The position numbers were made by a program, and so were the translations under genes. 64,000 nt of DNA, taken from assembly GCA_963731355.1 (NCBI GenBank), contig CAVSUS010000004.1, positions 129,926-193,925 of the forward strand. The letters run 5' to 3'. The stretch is from an uncultured Solirubrobacterales bacterium (GTDB lineage Bacteria; Actinomycetota; Thermoleophilia; Solirubrobacterales; Solirubrobacteraceae). Position 1 is the stretch's first letter. The number at the start of each line of letters is the position of its first letter. The notes under the pieces are model-generated. The model had not been told where the DNA came from. It saw only the letters and a list, made by a program, of their open reading frames with translations, and did no database searches. This document shows, in pieces, positions 29,802 to 40,111 of the stretch.

Positions 29802-30625
29802 CTAGCGGCGTGACCAGGGAGTGACGGGACGATCCAGACGCGTCCCGTTCACGACGAGGTCCACCCGCTCATTGAAGAAGGCGATACGGCCGGTCACCTC
29901 GACAGCTTCGCGAAGAGGCTCCCGGTAGGTCCATGCGATGTCGTCTTCTTTCTCCAGCGACCAGTAGGAGGCTTGGCCCTTGTAAGCGCAGAGCGTCCGG
30001 GTTGGGCTCGGTTGGAGGACCCCATCGGTGACGTCCTCGGGCGGCAGGTAGTAGCGGACTGGCAGCGGAGCCTCAAAGAGCAGGTACGGGCGCGTGGACG
30101 CGGCGAGCAGCTCCCCGTCGAGCTCGACGCGCACAGCGCGCGAGCTGTGAACGACTCGATGCGGTGAAACGGGTCGCGGGGATGCGCGATGTTGCGCTCG
30201 TCCTCCTCATACCATTCGTCAAAGGCGCCGAAGTCGACGATTACGTACTCGCCGAGTGCATCATCGGCGGGCCGAAAGGCCGCTGCTCGCCGTTCGGCGC
30301 CACCGACGCGCAGGTCGAGGACTGCTCCGTCGGTGGTGTGCACGACGAACGGAACGCTTGGGTCATAGACGGGGCGATCCCCTAAATGCGGGATGGCGAC
30401 GCCGGAGGACGCCGAATCCTCGGCCGCCTCGTGGGGAGTGGTCGTGACGCCCTCGATCGCCTCGAACGGGATGGCATAGCTCGGAACGACCCGCTTGGGC
30501 TCCCAGACAAGCAGCGCCCGATCGGTGTCGATGACCACCTGATCTCCGATCATGGCGCGAATCCGCTTGTCGACGGGCTCGTACCGAAGCTGTCCGAGGC
30601 TGCCCATCAGAATGTCCCGAACCAT
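29802..30625 (-). pseudogene. Tandem DUF427 protein, frameshift near 30155
   Basis: YEPVDKRIRA...HPRDPFHRI then VRVELDG...TLCAYKGQASYW in another frame. Confidence 0.8.
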
Positions 30626-30788
30626 CGTCCCCACGAGCCAAGGTTCGCACACGTTCACGAGCCACAGCAAGATGTTGCCCGCCCTGCACCACCTGACGGC
30701 CCCCAGCCGTTGGAGCGAACCGAGAATCACTGGGCTGGTAGCTGCCGATTCCAAACGCGATGCGGCCGCCTGGGTGCGTGTGCGTGCG

Positions 30789-33596
30789 CTACCGGAGGGC
30801 GGCCTCGAGCTCGACCCGCGACGAGATGCCGAGCTTCGTGTAGGCGTGGCCGAGGTGGGTCTCAACGGTCTTGGCGGTGACGAACAGCGTCTGGGCGATC
30901 TCGCGGTTGGTCGCACCGCCCGCCGCGAGCTCGGCGATCCGGTGTTCGGAGGGGGTCAGGGAAGCGACTCCCTGCAGCTCCTTTCGCCGGGGACGGGCTC
31001 CTGCGGCGAGCAGCTCCTGCCAGGCGTGGTCGGCGAGGCGAGTTGAGCCGCATTGGTTGGCGAGTTCGTAGCCGCGCATCAGGTGCTCGCGGGCCGCAGC
31101 GCGGCGGCCGGAGATGCGCAGCCCGGTCCCGAGCTCGACGAGGCCGCGGGCGTGTTCGAGCTCGGCCCCGCTGCAGGCGAGCACCTCAACGGCCTCCTCG
31201 AGCAGCCCGATTCGCCGCGCGCGTGGGGCGAACCGGGCGGTCGCGCGCAGCGCGATCCCGATCGGTCTCGGCGCACCGTAGATCCGGGCGAGTTCCAGCT
31301 CCTCGGCGGCCAGTGCGCGAGCGCGGTCGCCATCGCCGAGTTGATCGAGCGCGAGCGCCGCCTGCGAGCGCCAGGGATACTGCGCGGGGCCCTCCCACCC
31401 GAGCTGGCGCTCGAACTCTCCGATTGCCAGCAGCTCGACGAGCGCGGCGGAGAGGTGCCCGCGCGCGAGCAGGTGCTCGGCACGGCCGTATGACAGCGAG
31501 CGCGTCGCAGTCGATTCGGTGGCCGTCGCCGCGGCCATCAGCTCGGGGTCGGGCTCCACGCCCTGCTCGACCGCGACAAACGTGAGGATGCCTCCCGCAC
31601 GCGTGTGCAGGGCGGCGGCAGCACGCACCTCGCTGCCGAGCTGGAGTGCGTGCACCGCGTCGGCCTCGGCTTCGCGCAGCGCTCCGCGCCGGTGGTGGAT
31701 CTGCGCGCGCTGTGCGATCAGCGATACAGCGGCCGCGATCACGCCCAATCGCTCGGTCAGCTCGACGAGGCCGTCGGTGAGCGATAGCGCCTCCTCGTAA
31801 TGATCGGCCAACGACAGCGCGATCGCAGCCATCGCAGTCGCCTGGCTCGAGACCTGCGTCGGCGGAAGACTGGACGGGCGGCCGGCGACCGCGCGATGCG
31901 CCACTTCGACGACCCGCTCGGCGCTGGTGCCGCATTGCGCCTGGTCGAGCGCCAGCAACCCCAGGCGGAAGCGGGCGTAGTCGTTCTCTGGCGTCCCGCC
32001 GGAATCGGGTAGGCGGTCACTTAGGGGCGCCAGTCGCCGCAGCACCGATGTGCTCATGGTCGCGGCTCCGAGCCGCTCGAGCTCGAGTCTTTCGCGCAGG
32101 TCTGAATCCCGTTCTCCCAGCTCGGCCTCGGCCGCCTCGATCACCTCCAGCGTCTCCGGTCCGCGTCCGAGGAAGCGGAGTAGCCGGGCGCGCTCGACCG
32201 CGATCTCCGCCCGCTGCACCGGCGACTCCGCGAGCGCCGCGGCCTGGGCCAAACGCTCGACCGCGCGCTCGTCGCCTGCGTTCGATTCAGCTTCGGCGAG
32301 CTCGATCAGGACCGCCAGTCGGTCATCGCTCTCGCCGACCTCGGCGAGCGCTGCGCGCAGGTGGCCGGCGGCCACGGCCGGAGCCCCGAACGACATCGCG
32401 CGCGCCGCTGCGGCTCGAAGCACGCCCGCGGCCCACGGCTGGCCTGTCGTCTCTGCCAGGCGAAGCTGTGCCGCGATCGCCTCGTCAGGGGCGCCACGCG
32501 CGTGGAGCAGCGAGGCCGCCCGGGCGTGCGCTCGAGGCCGTTCCGCCGCGGGCATCCCCTCGTAGATCGCGGCCCGCACGATCGGGTGAACGAATCGCAG
32601 CGACTCCTCGGCCGCGAGAACATCGGCCTCGACGAGCAGCTGGGCCGATTGCGGCGCCTCGTCGGCGCTGACGCCGGCGAGCTCGGCGGCAGTCGCGAGG
32701 GGGGCCCCGTCTCCGAGGACCGCCGACGCCTGGGCGAGCGCCAACGCCGACTGCGGCTTGCGCGCGAGTCTCAGCGCTACGGCGCTCGTGACGTTGCGCG
32801 GTGACAGGGCGGCCACGCGCTCCGCGTGCGCAGCGACCGGCGCAATCCGCTCGGCCGCGATCTCCCGAAGCAGTTCGCGCAACAGGAACGGAACCCCGCC
32901 GGTGGCGGTGCGGCATGCCTTGCAGAATGATTGATCGGGTGTCTCGGGCAGGACACTGCCCACGAGTCTCACCACCTCGGCCCCGCTGAGTGGGTCGGGA
33001 CGCAGCACCTGCGCACCCGGATCGACCGCGAGCCCGAGGAACGCGTCCTGGCGCGGGCGGCCAGCGACGACCAACGCGAGCGGAAGCTCCTCGAGTCGGC
33101 GCGCCAGGAACCCCAGGAACTCGACCGACGCGGCGTCGGCCCAGTGGATGTCGTCGACCAGGATCGCGAGACCGCCGTCGCCGGACATATTCGCCGCCAG
33201 CCAGTAGAGGCCGTGCCTACGCTGAAAGCCCTGATCGCCGATCGTGAACGCAGTCCCCGACGGGTCGAACAGGGGGGCTGCCAGGGCGGCCGCGCCGGAC
33301 AGCCACGCCTCGCGCTCCGTCGACTCGGCGGTCGCCAGCGCGGGCTCGAACAGTTGCCGCACGACGCCGAACGCGAAGTCCTGCTCGAGCTCACTTCCGC
33401 GGGCGCCGAGTACGCGTAGACCGCGGCTTCGTGCGGCCTGCCGCGCCTCGGCCACCAGCGCGGTCTTACCGATTCCGGCCGGCCCCTCGATCACGAGCAG
33501 GCGCCCCTCGCCGCCTGCGGCGGCGCGAATCGTGTCCGCGATCGTCGCGAGCTCGGAGTCGCGGCCGAGTAGGTCTGGCAGCACCACCGTCGTCAT
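30789..33596 (-). CDS. Large ATP-binding LuxR (LAL/MalT-like) regulator
   Basis: GPAGIGKT, VDDIHWAD, GGVPFLL, FVHPIVR, LTPSEHRIA...TVETHL. Confidence 0.93.
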   Translation of the reverse strand: MTTVVLPDLLGRDSELATIADTIRAAAGGEGRLLVIEGPAGIGKTALVAEARQAARSRGLRVLGARGSELEQDFAFGVVRQLFEPALATAESTEREAWLSGAAALAAPLFDPSGTAFTIGDQGFQRRHGLYWLAANMSGDGGLAILVDDIHWADAASVEFLGFLARRLEELPLALVVAGRPRQDAFLGLAVDPGAQVLRPDPLSGAEVVRLVGSVLPETPDQSFCKACRTATGGVPFLLRELLREIAAERIAPVAAHAERVAALSPRNVTSAVALRLARKPQSALALAQASAVLGDGAPLATAAELAGVSADEAPQSAQLLVEADVLAAEESLRFVHPIVRAAIYEGMPAAERPRAHARAASLLHARGAPDEAIAAQLRLAETTGQPWAAGVLRAAAARAMSFGAPAVAAGHLRAALAEVGESDDRLAVLIELAEAESNAGDERAVERLAQAAALAESPVQRAEIAVERARLLRFLGRGPETLEVIEAAEAELGERDSDLRERLELERLGAATMSTSVLRRLAPLSDRLPDSGGTPENDYARFRLGLLALDQAQCGTSAERVVEVAHRAVAGRPSSLPPTQVSSQATAMAAIALSLADHYEEALSLTDGLVELTERLGVIAAAVSLIAQRAQIHHRRGALREAEADAVHALQLGSEVRAAAALHTRAGGILTFVAVEQGVEPDPELMAAATATESTATRSLSYGRAEHLLARGHLSAALVELLAIGEFERQLGWEGPAQYPWRSQAALALDQLGDGDRARALAAEELELARIYGAPRPIGIALRATARFAPRARRIGLLEEAVEVLACSGAELEHARGLVELGTGLRISGRRAAAREHLMRGYELANQCGSTRLADHAWQELLAAGARPRRKELQGVASLTPSEHRIAELAAGGATNREIAQTLFVTAKTVETHLGHAYTKLGISSRVELEAALR

Positions 33597-33623
33597 CTGC
33601 AGACGGCGGCCCGAGCGGAAACT

Positions 33624-33658
33624 TTCAGGGAAAACCTCGGGGTAGTGCCCGATGTGCG
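33624..33658 (+). promoter_or_regulatory. Repeated upstream box, copy 1
   Basis: TTCAGGGAAAACCTCGGGGTAGTGCCCGATGTGCG; 29/35 match to 36378-36412. Confidence 0.65.
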
Positions 33659-33686
33659 GCGCGGGGGCGCGAGCGAGCATCTCGTT

Positions 33687-33917
33687 ATGACGAACTCCAG
33701 GCGCTTGTGGATCGAACTCGAGACCGCCGAGACCGGCCCGCAGGGCATCGGGCGGCGAGACGACTCCGGTCGCTCGCGACGCTTTTCCGGATGGCTCGAG
33801 CTGATCGCGCTCATCGAATCCTCTGGTGCTGAATGGAGCGGCGCAGCCGACGGATCATCACCCGCCGTCGCGCGCCCGTCAATGCCTCACGACTTCGAAG
33901 AAGGGAGATTGCCATGA
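33687..33917 (+). CDS. Small hypothetical protein (FSGWLEL motif)
   Basis: Divergent from the LAL gene; stop overlaps next ATG. Confidence 0.6.
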   Translation: MTNSRRLWIELETAETGPQGIGRRDDSGRSRRFSGWLELIALIESSGAEWSGAADGSSPAVARPSMPHDFEEGRLP

Positions 33918-34419
33918 GCGCGTTGCTAATCCTGCTGGTCCTGCTGCCGCTGTCGATCTACCGCCAGATGCGGGCAAACGAAGTGAGCTCCGCGGCGTTG
34001 ATTCGGCTTCCGCTCGTCTATGCCGCGATCGGACTGCTCGGCTTCGGCACCAAGCAGCTCGACGTCGCCGCCAGCGCAGCACCGTACATCGCGCTCAGCG
34101 CTGTGCTGAGTATCGGATTCGGGATCTGGCGAGGCGTCCAAGTCCACGTTTGGCGCGACGGCGCCGGCACTTACTTCGTGCAAGGAACCCGTCTCACGCT
34201 GGGTCTGTGGGCAGGGCTGATCCTCGGCAAGATCGCGATCAACACGGTGGGCGCGATCACGGGCGCGCTGCCGAGCGGCCCCCATCCGGGCGAGATCTCG
34301 CGTTCATCGCCGCCTCGTTTGTCGCGCAGAACCTGATCGTCGCGCGCCGCACAATCTGGAACAACGCCGAGTCGTCGAGTCGGATGCTTCTGTCCGAGCA
34401 CAGGAGCGCGCAATCGTGA
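33914..34419 (+). pseudogene. Membrane protein (CcdC/DUF1453-like), frameshift near 34297
   Basis: YRQMRANEV...GIWRG...VQGTR; tail LAFIAASFVAQNLIVARR in another frame. Confidence 0.6.
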
Positions 34420-35891
34420 CGGCAGCCGGAGAGTCAGCGGTGGCGCTTAGTGAATCGGCTGCGGGGCGGGCAACCGGCGTCGTCGTGGCCGTGTCGCTGG
34501 CGCTGTTCTGCGTCAACACGGACTTCTTCGCGCTGAACCTTGCGCTCCCCACTGTCGGGAGGGCGTTCAGCGTCGGTGCGCGGAGTGTCCAGTGGACGAT
34601 CAGCGCGTACATGCTGTCGGTCGGTTCCCTGTTCATCCTTGCCGGCCGCATCGGAGACATCTTCGGTCGCCGCCCGTCGCTGCTGGCCGGCGTCGGGATC
34701 TTCACCAGTGCCTCGGTCGTCTGCGCCGTCGCGCCGAGCCTGGGGCTGCTGATCGCGGCACGCGTGCTCCAGGGCGCGGGCGCCGCGATCATCTACCCGG
34801 TCGGAGTCGCCGTCGTGAGCAACGCCGTCAGCGAGGAGAGGCGGGCACGCGCCCTAGGCGTGACCTTCGGCTTCGCAAACCTGGGGACAGCCGTCGGCCC
34901 GTTCGTCGGCGGTGTGCTCACGAACAGCCTGGGCTGGCGATGGGTGTTCTGGGCACTGGCGCTGACCTCGGCCGCGGCGTTCGTGGCGACTTTCCTGGTG
35001 GTGCCGAACTCGTGCGAGCGCGATGCTCCGCGACGTCTCGACGTACTTGGCGCCGCCACCATTGTTCTCGGCGTGGCGTTGCTTAGCATCACGATCGACC
35101 GCGGTCAGTCGTGGGGATGGGGCTCGACGAAGACGATCGCGGCGCTCATCGTCTCCGGATCGCTGCTCGTGCTATTCCTCCTCGTCGAGACTCGGGTTCG
35201 GTTCCCGTTGCTGGATCTGAACCTGTTCCGCAACCTCCCGTACGACCTCGTGACGGTGATGGGCGCCGTCGCCAACGTGGTCTATGTGACCACCGCGTTC
35301 GCGGTGACCCTATACCTGCAGCAGGTGCGGGGACTCACGCCCTTCGTGGCCGGCGTGGTGTTCCTCCCCCCATCTTTGCTTGCCTCACTGTCGGGACCGA
35401 TCTCGGGGCGGATCGGCAAGTTCGCCCGTCCGACCGCCGTGATGGCCGCCGCCGGAGTCTTTAGCGGCGTCGGTGTTCTCGCCATGGCGCTCGCTCACGC
35501 CTGGCCCGCGTTCGTGGTGTGCGTCGCGTTCGCGGGTCTGGGGTTCGGGCTCGGGTGGACGTTCGCGAGCGTCGGCACCCAGGACGTCGTCAGTCCGGAG
35601 CGCGCCGGCGAGGCCTCCGGAGTGTTGCTGACGATCCTCGTCACGGCCGGAGGGATCGGTATCGCCGTGGCAGCGACCGTGATCGAGGCCCTCGAGCACT
35701 CCGGGACCAGCGGCACCGACGCGATCCACGACACGATGGGCGTGCTGGGCATCGCGATCATTCTCGCCGCCGCGGTGGTGATGGCGATACGCCACCGACT
35801 GGTCCGTCGCGGGCTGATCGCGCCGCTGTCGATGACGGAGCCGCAGCCTCCACTACCCGCCGGGCTAGATGCGGTTCGTCCCAGCGCATGA
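34416..35891 (+). CDS. MFS DHA2 transporter
   Basis: DFFALNLALP, GRIGDIFGRR, GWRWVFW. Confidence 0.93.
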   Translation: MTAAGESAVALSESAAGRATGVVVAVSLALFCVNTDFFALNLALPTVGRAFSVGARSVQWTISAYMLSVGSLFILAGRIGDIFGRRPSLLAGVGIFTSASVVCAVAPSLGLLIAARVLQGAGAAIIYPVGVAVVSNAVSEERRARALGVTFGFANLGTAVGPFVGGVLTNSLGWRWVFWALALTSAAAFVATFLVVPNSCERDAPRRLDVLGAATIVLGVALLSITIDRGQSWGWGSTKTIAALIVSGSLLVLFLLVETRVRFPLLDLNLFRNLPYDLVTVMGAVANVVYVTTAFAVTLYLQQVRGLTPFVAGVVFLPPSLLASLSGPISGRIGKFARPTAVMAAAGVFSGVGVLAMALAHAWPAFVVCVAFAGLGFGLGWTFASVGTQDVVSPERAGEASGVLLTILVTAGGIGIAVAATVIEALEHSGTSGTDAIHDTMGVLGIAIILAAAVVMAIRHRLVRRGLIAPLSMTEPQPPLPAGLDAVRPSA

Positions 35892-36377
35892 ACCACATGA
35901 GCCGGAGAAAGGGTCCGAGCTTGCACAACATTCACCGGCCCGTGATTTGTTGTGCCGCGCCTCGACAATTCCGGCGACCTCGCCATCTGGCGAGACGTGA
36001 CCCGGCAACGACTTCGTCCGCGCCAGTGACTGGAACTCGCCACACCCGTCTGCGATAGCCGTCAGGGTTCTCGACCAAGCGTCCGCCGTCGCGGCGCGAG
36101 CTCGGCGAGGTCTCGATCAGCCGGGCATTTCGCACCCGAAGACCTGATTGGCGGCTGGCGGCAGTCGCTCGGCCACCTCGACGCGCCCCGGCATCTCGCC
36201 GGAAAGCACGTCGCCACCCCGGATGGTGCTCGGGCGACCTGCGCCTCGATGACACGGATGCCTGCTGAGACAAGCGACACCGTCCCGGTCGTCGCTAGTG
36301 AGCGCGGTTGTACGGAGCTGTTGGCGATGGTGCTCGCGGCGTTCCTCGTGCGAGCCGAGTCGCGCTGAGCGAAAACG

Positions 36378-36412
36378 TTCAGGGAAAAGTTCGGGGTGGC
36401 TCCCGATGCGCG
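36378..36412 (+). promoter_or_regulatory. Repeated upstream box, copy 2
   Basis: TTCAGGGAAAAGTTCGGGGTGGCTCCCGATGCGCG. Confidence 0.65.
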
Positions 36413-36466
36413 CACGCCAGGCGCAGGCGACCATCCTCGTGAAATCGAATCGAGGGGAACGGTCGA

Positions 36467-37258
36467 ATGGCACACATTATCCGCGTGCGCACGATTGGAG
36501 TGACCGCGGCGGCGTCCGGGCTGATCATGCTTGCCTGCTGCGCGACCGGGGCGGCGCGGCCGCCGGCCCGGGCGGCGGCGATCCCGCCCACGTTTCGCTT
36601 ACTGCAGCTGAGCGTGTTGAACCTCCCGCCGGGAGATGTGTTCCGGGCCGTCTACGACGAGGGCGTGGACCACTCCTCCGGCGGCAGCACGATTGCTCAG
36701 AGTGGCGTGATCAACTTCGTCGCGATGCAGTCGAGCACCGCGTTTCTGGTCGGCTCGGGGACGGAGCCGCTGGACGCGATCATGAACTGGGCGCTGTGGG
36801 TCGACGGAACTGCCGTCACCGGAAACGCCACGATACCTCAGGGCGTGATCGTCTACGCGAGCTTGGGGGGCACGACTGTGAGCCTCAGCAACGGTCACTT
36901 CTCGATCCCCACGGGCCTCGATAAGGCGGGGGCGAGGGCGCCGCGGACGCCGCTCTCTGTTCGCTGCCGAGCCAACGGGCGGTCCTGCCGTGCGGTGGTG
37001 CCGATCGCCGGCGGCGCGAGCAATCGAGAACTGACCGTGAACCTGCCGAGCGCTGGGCTACGCCTGAGGTCGATTTCCGTGTCGCCTGGCGTCTCCCGCG
37101 GCGCGTACAGCCTGACGCGGGGTCGCTACCGCGCCGGCGGCCGGCGGTGGGTGGCGATTCTGAACGCGGTCAGCGCCAATCCGCGGGGCGCGCATCTGAC
37201 CCTGACGTTCGATCGGGCTCGGCTCGGTTGCACCATATTCGACCCGAGGAACTGTTGA
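36467..37258 (+). CDS. Secreted hypothetical protein
   Basis: GAGGGG RBS, signal-peptide-like N-terminus, beta-rich. Confidence 0.6.
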   Translation: MAHIIRVRTIGVTAAASGLIMLACCATGAARPPARAAAIPPTFRLLQLSVLNLPPGDVFRAVYDEGVDHSSGGSTIAQSGVINFVAMQSSTAFLVGSGTEPLDAIMNWALWVDGTAVTGNATIPQGVIVYASLGGTTVSLSNGHFSIPTGLDKAGARAPRTPLSVRCRANGRSCRAVVPIAGGASNRELTVNLPSAGLRLRSISVSPGVSRGAYSLTRGRYRAGGRRWVAILNAVSANPRGAHLTLTFDRARLGCTIFDPRNC

Positions 37259-37301
37259 GATGGTCAGGGTCGCGTACTTAACGGTCAAGAGGAGGTAGGA
37301 C

Positions 37302-38249
37302 ATGAGGAAGAGCCTGTGTTCCATCGTGGCGATCGCAGTGTTGACATCGATGCCCACCGTTGCCGCGGGCGCTCGCCGTTTTAGTCATGCAGCGAGCGCT
37401 GCGGCGAGCGTCGCGTGGTCGCCCGTGAAGCACATCCAGGTCGGTCGGATCTCGATCGGGTATCGCACCATCGGATCAGGGCCACCCTTGATGATGATCA
37501 TGGGCTTCGGCGGCACTATGGCGGATTGGGATCCGGCGCTGCTCACGGCGCTCGGCGCACGCCACACCGTGATCGTGTTCGACAATCGCGGAGTCGCCAC
37601 GTCCACCAACACGCCACACAACCGGCTAACGATCGACCAGATGGCGAGCGACACCTGGCGGTTGATCGGCCGGCTCGGGTATCGGCGGGTCGACCTGCTC
37701 GGGTGGTCGATGGGCTCGTTCATCGCACAAGAGCTCGTGCTACACCACCCCGCGGTGATCCGTCGCCTGATCCTGTCGGGCGCCGATCCGGGCAGCCCGC
37801 ACGCGGTGCAGGCGTCGGCGCGCGTCAACGCGATTCTCGCCAACCCGAAGACCACCCCGCGACAGTTGATCAGGGTGCTCTTCCCGCGCAACCAGCAGCA
37901 GGCGGGCTTTGACTACCTCCACCGGGTGGTTCGTCAGCCGGGGTTGCAGCCCGACAGCTTCACCGTTTCCAAGCAGATCCTCGCCGCTCAGAACACCGCG
38001 GAATCACGTCTCTGGTACTGCCGCGGCTGCGGGGTGTACGCGCGGCTGCCCAGAGTGCGCACGCTCACACTGGTCGCCGACGGCAACAAGGACATCTGCG
38101 AGCCGACCGTCAACTCGAGGATCATCGCAGCCCGGATTCCGCGGGCGCGGCTGCGGCTGTTCCGGGACGCCGGCCACGCGTTCATGTTCCAGTACCACCG
38201 CGTGTTCGCGCGGGTCGCCACCGCGTTCCTGCGCAACTCCCAGGGTTGA
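37302..38249 (+). CDS. Secreted alpha/beta hydrolase
   Basis: Signal peptide; FDNRG, GWSMG, DAGH. Confidence 0.9.
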   Translation: MRKSLCSIVAIAVLTSMPTVAAGARRFSHAASAAASVAWSPVKHIQVGRISIGYRTIGSGPPLMMIMGFGGTMADWDPALLTALGARHTVIVFDNRGVATSTNTPHNRLTIDQMASDTWRLIGRLGYRRVDLLGWSMGSFIAQELVLHHPAVIRRLILSGADPGSPHAVQASARVNAILANPKTTPRQLIRVLFPRNQQQAGFDYLHRVVRQPGLQPDSFTVSKQILAAQNTAESRLWYCRGCGVYARLPRVRTLTLVADGNKDICEPTVNSRIIAARIPRARLRLFRDAGHAFMFQYHRVFARVATAFLRNSQG

Positions 38250-38257
38250 GGCAGCCG

Positions 38258-39865
38258 ATGTCGGTAGGAAGCGACACGCCCATTCTGATTGTCGGCGGCG
38301 GTCCGGTCGGTCTGAGCACGTCGATCTTGCTCTCCCGCCAGGGCGTGCCGTGCACGCTGATCGAGCGCAACCCCGGCACCTCGACCGCGCCGCGTGCGCA
38401 CGGGATCGGGGTGCGAACCGCGGAGCTGCTGCGCCAGTGGGGGGTGCTCGATGAGCTGGGCGCTAGAGGCGCGCCTGCGGAGTGGGGCCATTGCGTGGTG
38501 TGGACAACAACGCTGGCGGGCGAGGAGCTCGGGCGGCGCGAAGACGACGGGGCGCTGATCGCCAGACGGGCCGCGCACATCCCGGCGCACGCCTTCGGCT
38601 GCCCGCAACCGCTGCTCGAGCCGGTCCTGCGCGAGCTGGCGTCCTCGCTCGAGGGGGCGGAGATCCGGTTCGGCCACGAGCTTGTCGGCTTCACGCAGGA
38701 TGACAGCGGAGTGCTCGCAACGATCCGCGAGCCGGATGGAGATCACCAGCCGGTGCGCGCCCAGTTTCTGGTCGCGGCCGACGGATCGGCAAGCGGTGTT
38801 CGTCACCAGCTCGGCGTCGCGATGGACGGCCCCGCCGACCTGGGGCACTTTCTCAACGTCCGCTTCCGTGCCGATCTTCGGCCCTGGACACAGCACCGAC
38901 CGGCGATCCTTTACTGGGTGATGAGCGGCGATCAGGTCGGCGTATTTGTCGCGCTCGACGGGTCGATCCACTGATCCCTGCAGCACCACCTGGCCGGCGA
39001 AGAGCGCCCCGAGGACTACGACGAGGCTGATTGCCGGGAGCTGGTCCGCCGTGGGGTCGGCGCCCCCGAGCTCGACGTCGAGATCCTCGGACGCAGCGGC
39101 TGGCGGATTGGATCACAGGTTGCGAGGCACCTCCGCGCCGGGCGCGTCTTGCTGATGGGTGACGCGGCCCACCGAACCACGCCGGCGGGTGCGCTCGGCA
39201 TGAACACCGGCATCCAGTCCGCCCACAACCTGGCGTGGAAGCTCGCCGCGGTCCTCCACGGGTGGGGACACGACGCGCTGCTCGACACCTATGAGACCGA
39301 GCGCCAACAAGTCGCGCTTCGCAACGTTGTGCAGAGCCGCAAGAATGCCGAAGCACAAGTGCCGATCGCGCGCGCTGCCAGCCAGCGCGACCTTGAGTCG
39401 GCGCGCCGCGCGATCAAAACCGTCCGCGCCCCCGGCGACACCGAGGGACAGGAGCTCGGCATCACCTACACCTCGGGCACGATCACCCCCGACGGCACTA
39501 CGTCGGCGCGCTCCAAAGATCCGGTGCGCGACTACCAGCCCGATGCCCGTCCCGGCGCTCGCGCCCCGCACCTCTGGCTGCACGCCGACAGGGCGCGCAT
39601 CTCAACGCTCGACCTCTTCGATCGGCAACCCGTGCTTCTGACCGCAGGCCCGTCCGGAGGCTGGATCGCCGCGGCGAGCGCCGCCGCCGAGTCCGCGCAC
39701 GTGCCACTCCGTTGCCACACCGTTGGCGACGGAGGCGACCTACTCGACCCAACCGCGAGCTTCCCGGCGGCCTACGGCCTCACCCCTGGCGGGGCCGTCC
39801 TCGTCAGGCCGGACGGACACGTCGCCTGGCGCAGCCAACCGGGGATGCCGCAGAAGTCCGTCTGA
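38258..39865 (+). pseudogene. FAD-dependent aromatic monooxygenase (PheA/TfdB-like) with in-frame TGA at 38972
   Basis: GGGPVG, AADG, GDAAH...GMNTGIQSAHNLAWKL, VRPDGHVAW all in one frame across one stop. Confidence 0.88.
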
Positions 39866-40111
39866 AAGCTGCCCTGCGTCGCCTCGCGGGCGACGGATCG
39901 AGAATCAGCCGTGCCCCGCTCGAGAGCCACTTGCAGCGCGCAGGGCTATGGCTCGCTGGACGACTAATCCGTCGCTTACCGGATTAGGACTGCACGACGC
40001 GGCCCTCCCCTTCTGGCGCGAGCGCCTGTTGGGAAGAGATCAGCATCGGGTCGTTCGCACCACTCGTGCCGGAGCCGTGACGTCTGTCTCGCGGTGTGGG
40101 AGCATCCGCAC

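Noticed and set aside
13136-33596. STAND ATPases as Avs-type antiphage systems
   Set aside because: Both end in LuxR HTHs and lack nuclease, TIR, SIR2 or protease effectors
35892-36370. Long spacer as ncRNA or gene remnant
   Set aside because: No clear stems, repeats or protein motifs found by eye
38972-38974. Selenocysteine at the in-frame TGA
   Set aside because: Trp-like context, family not known as selenoproteins, no convincing SECIS hairpin
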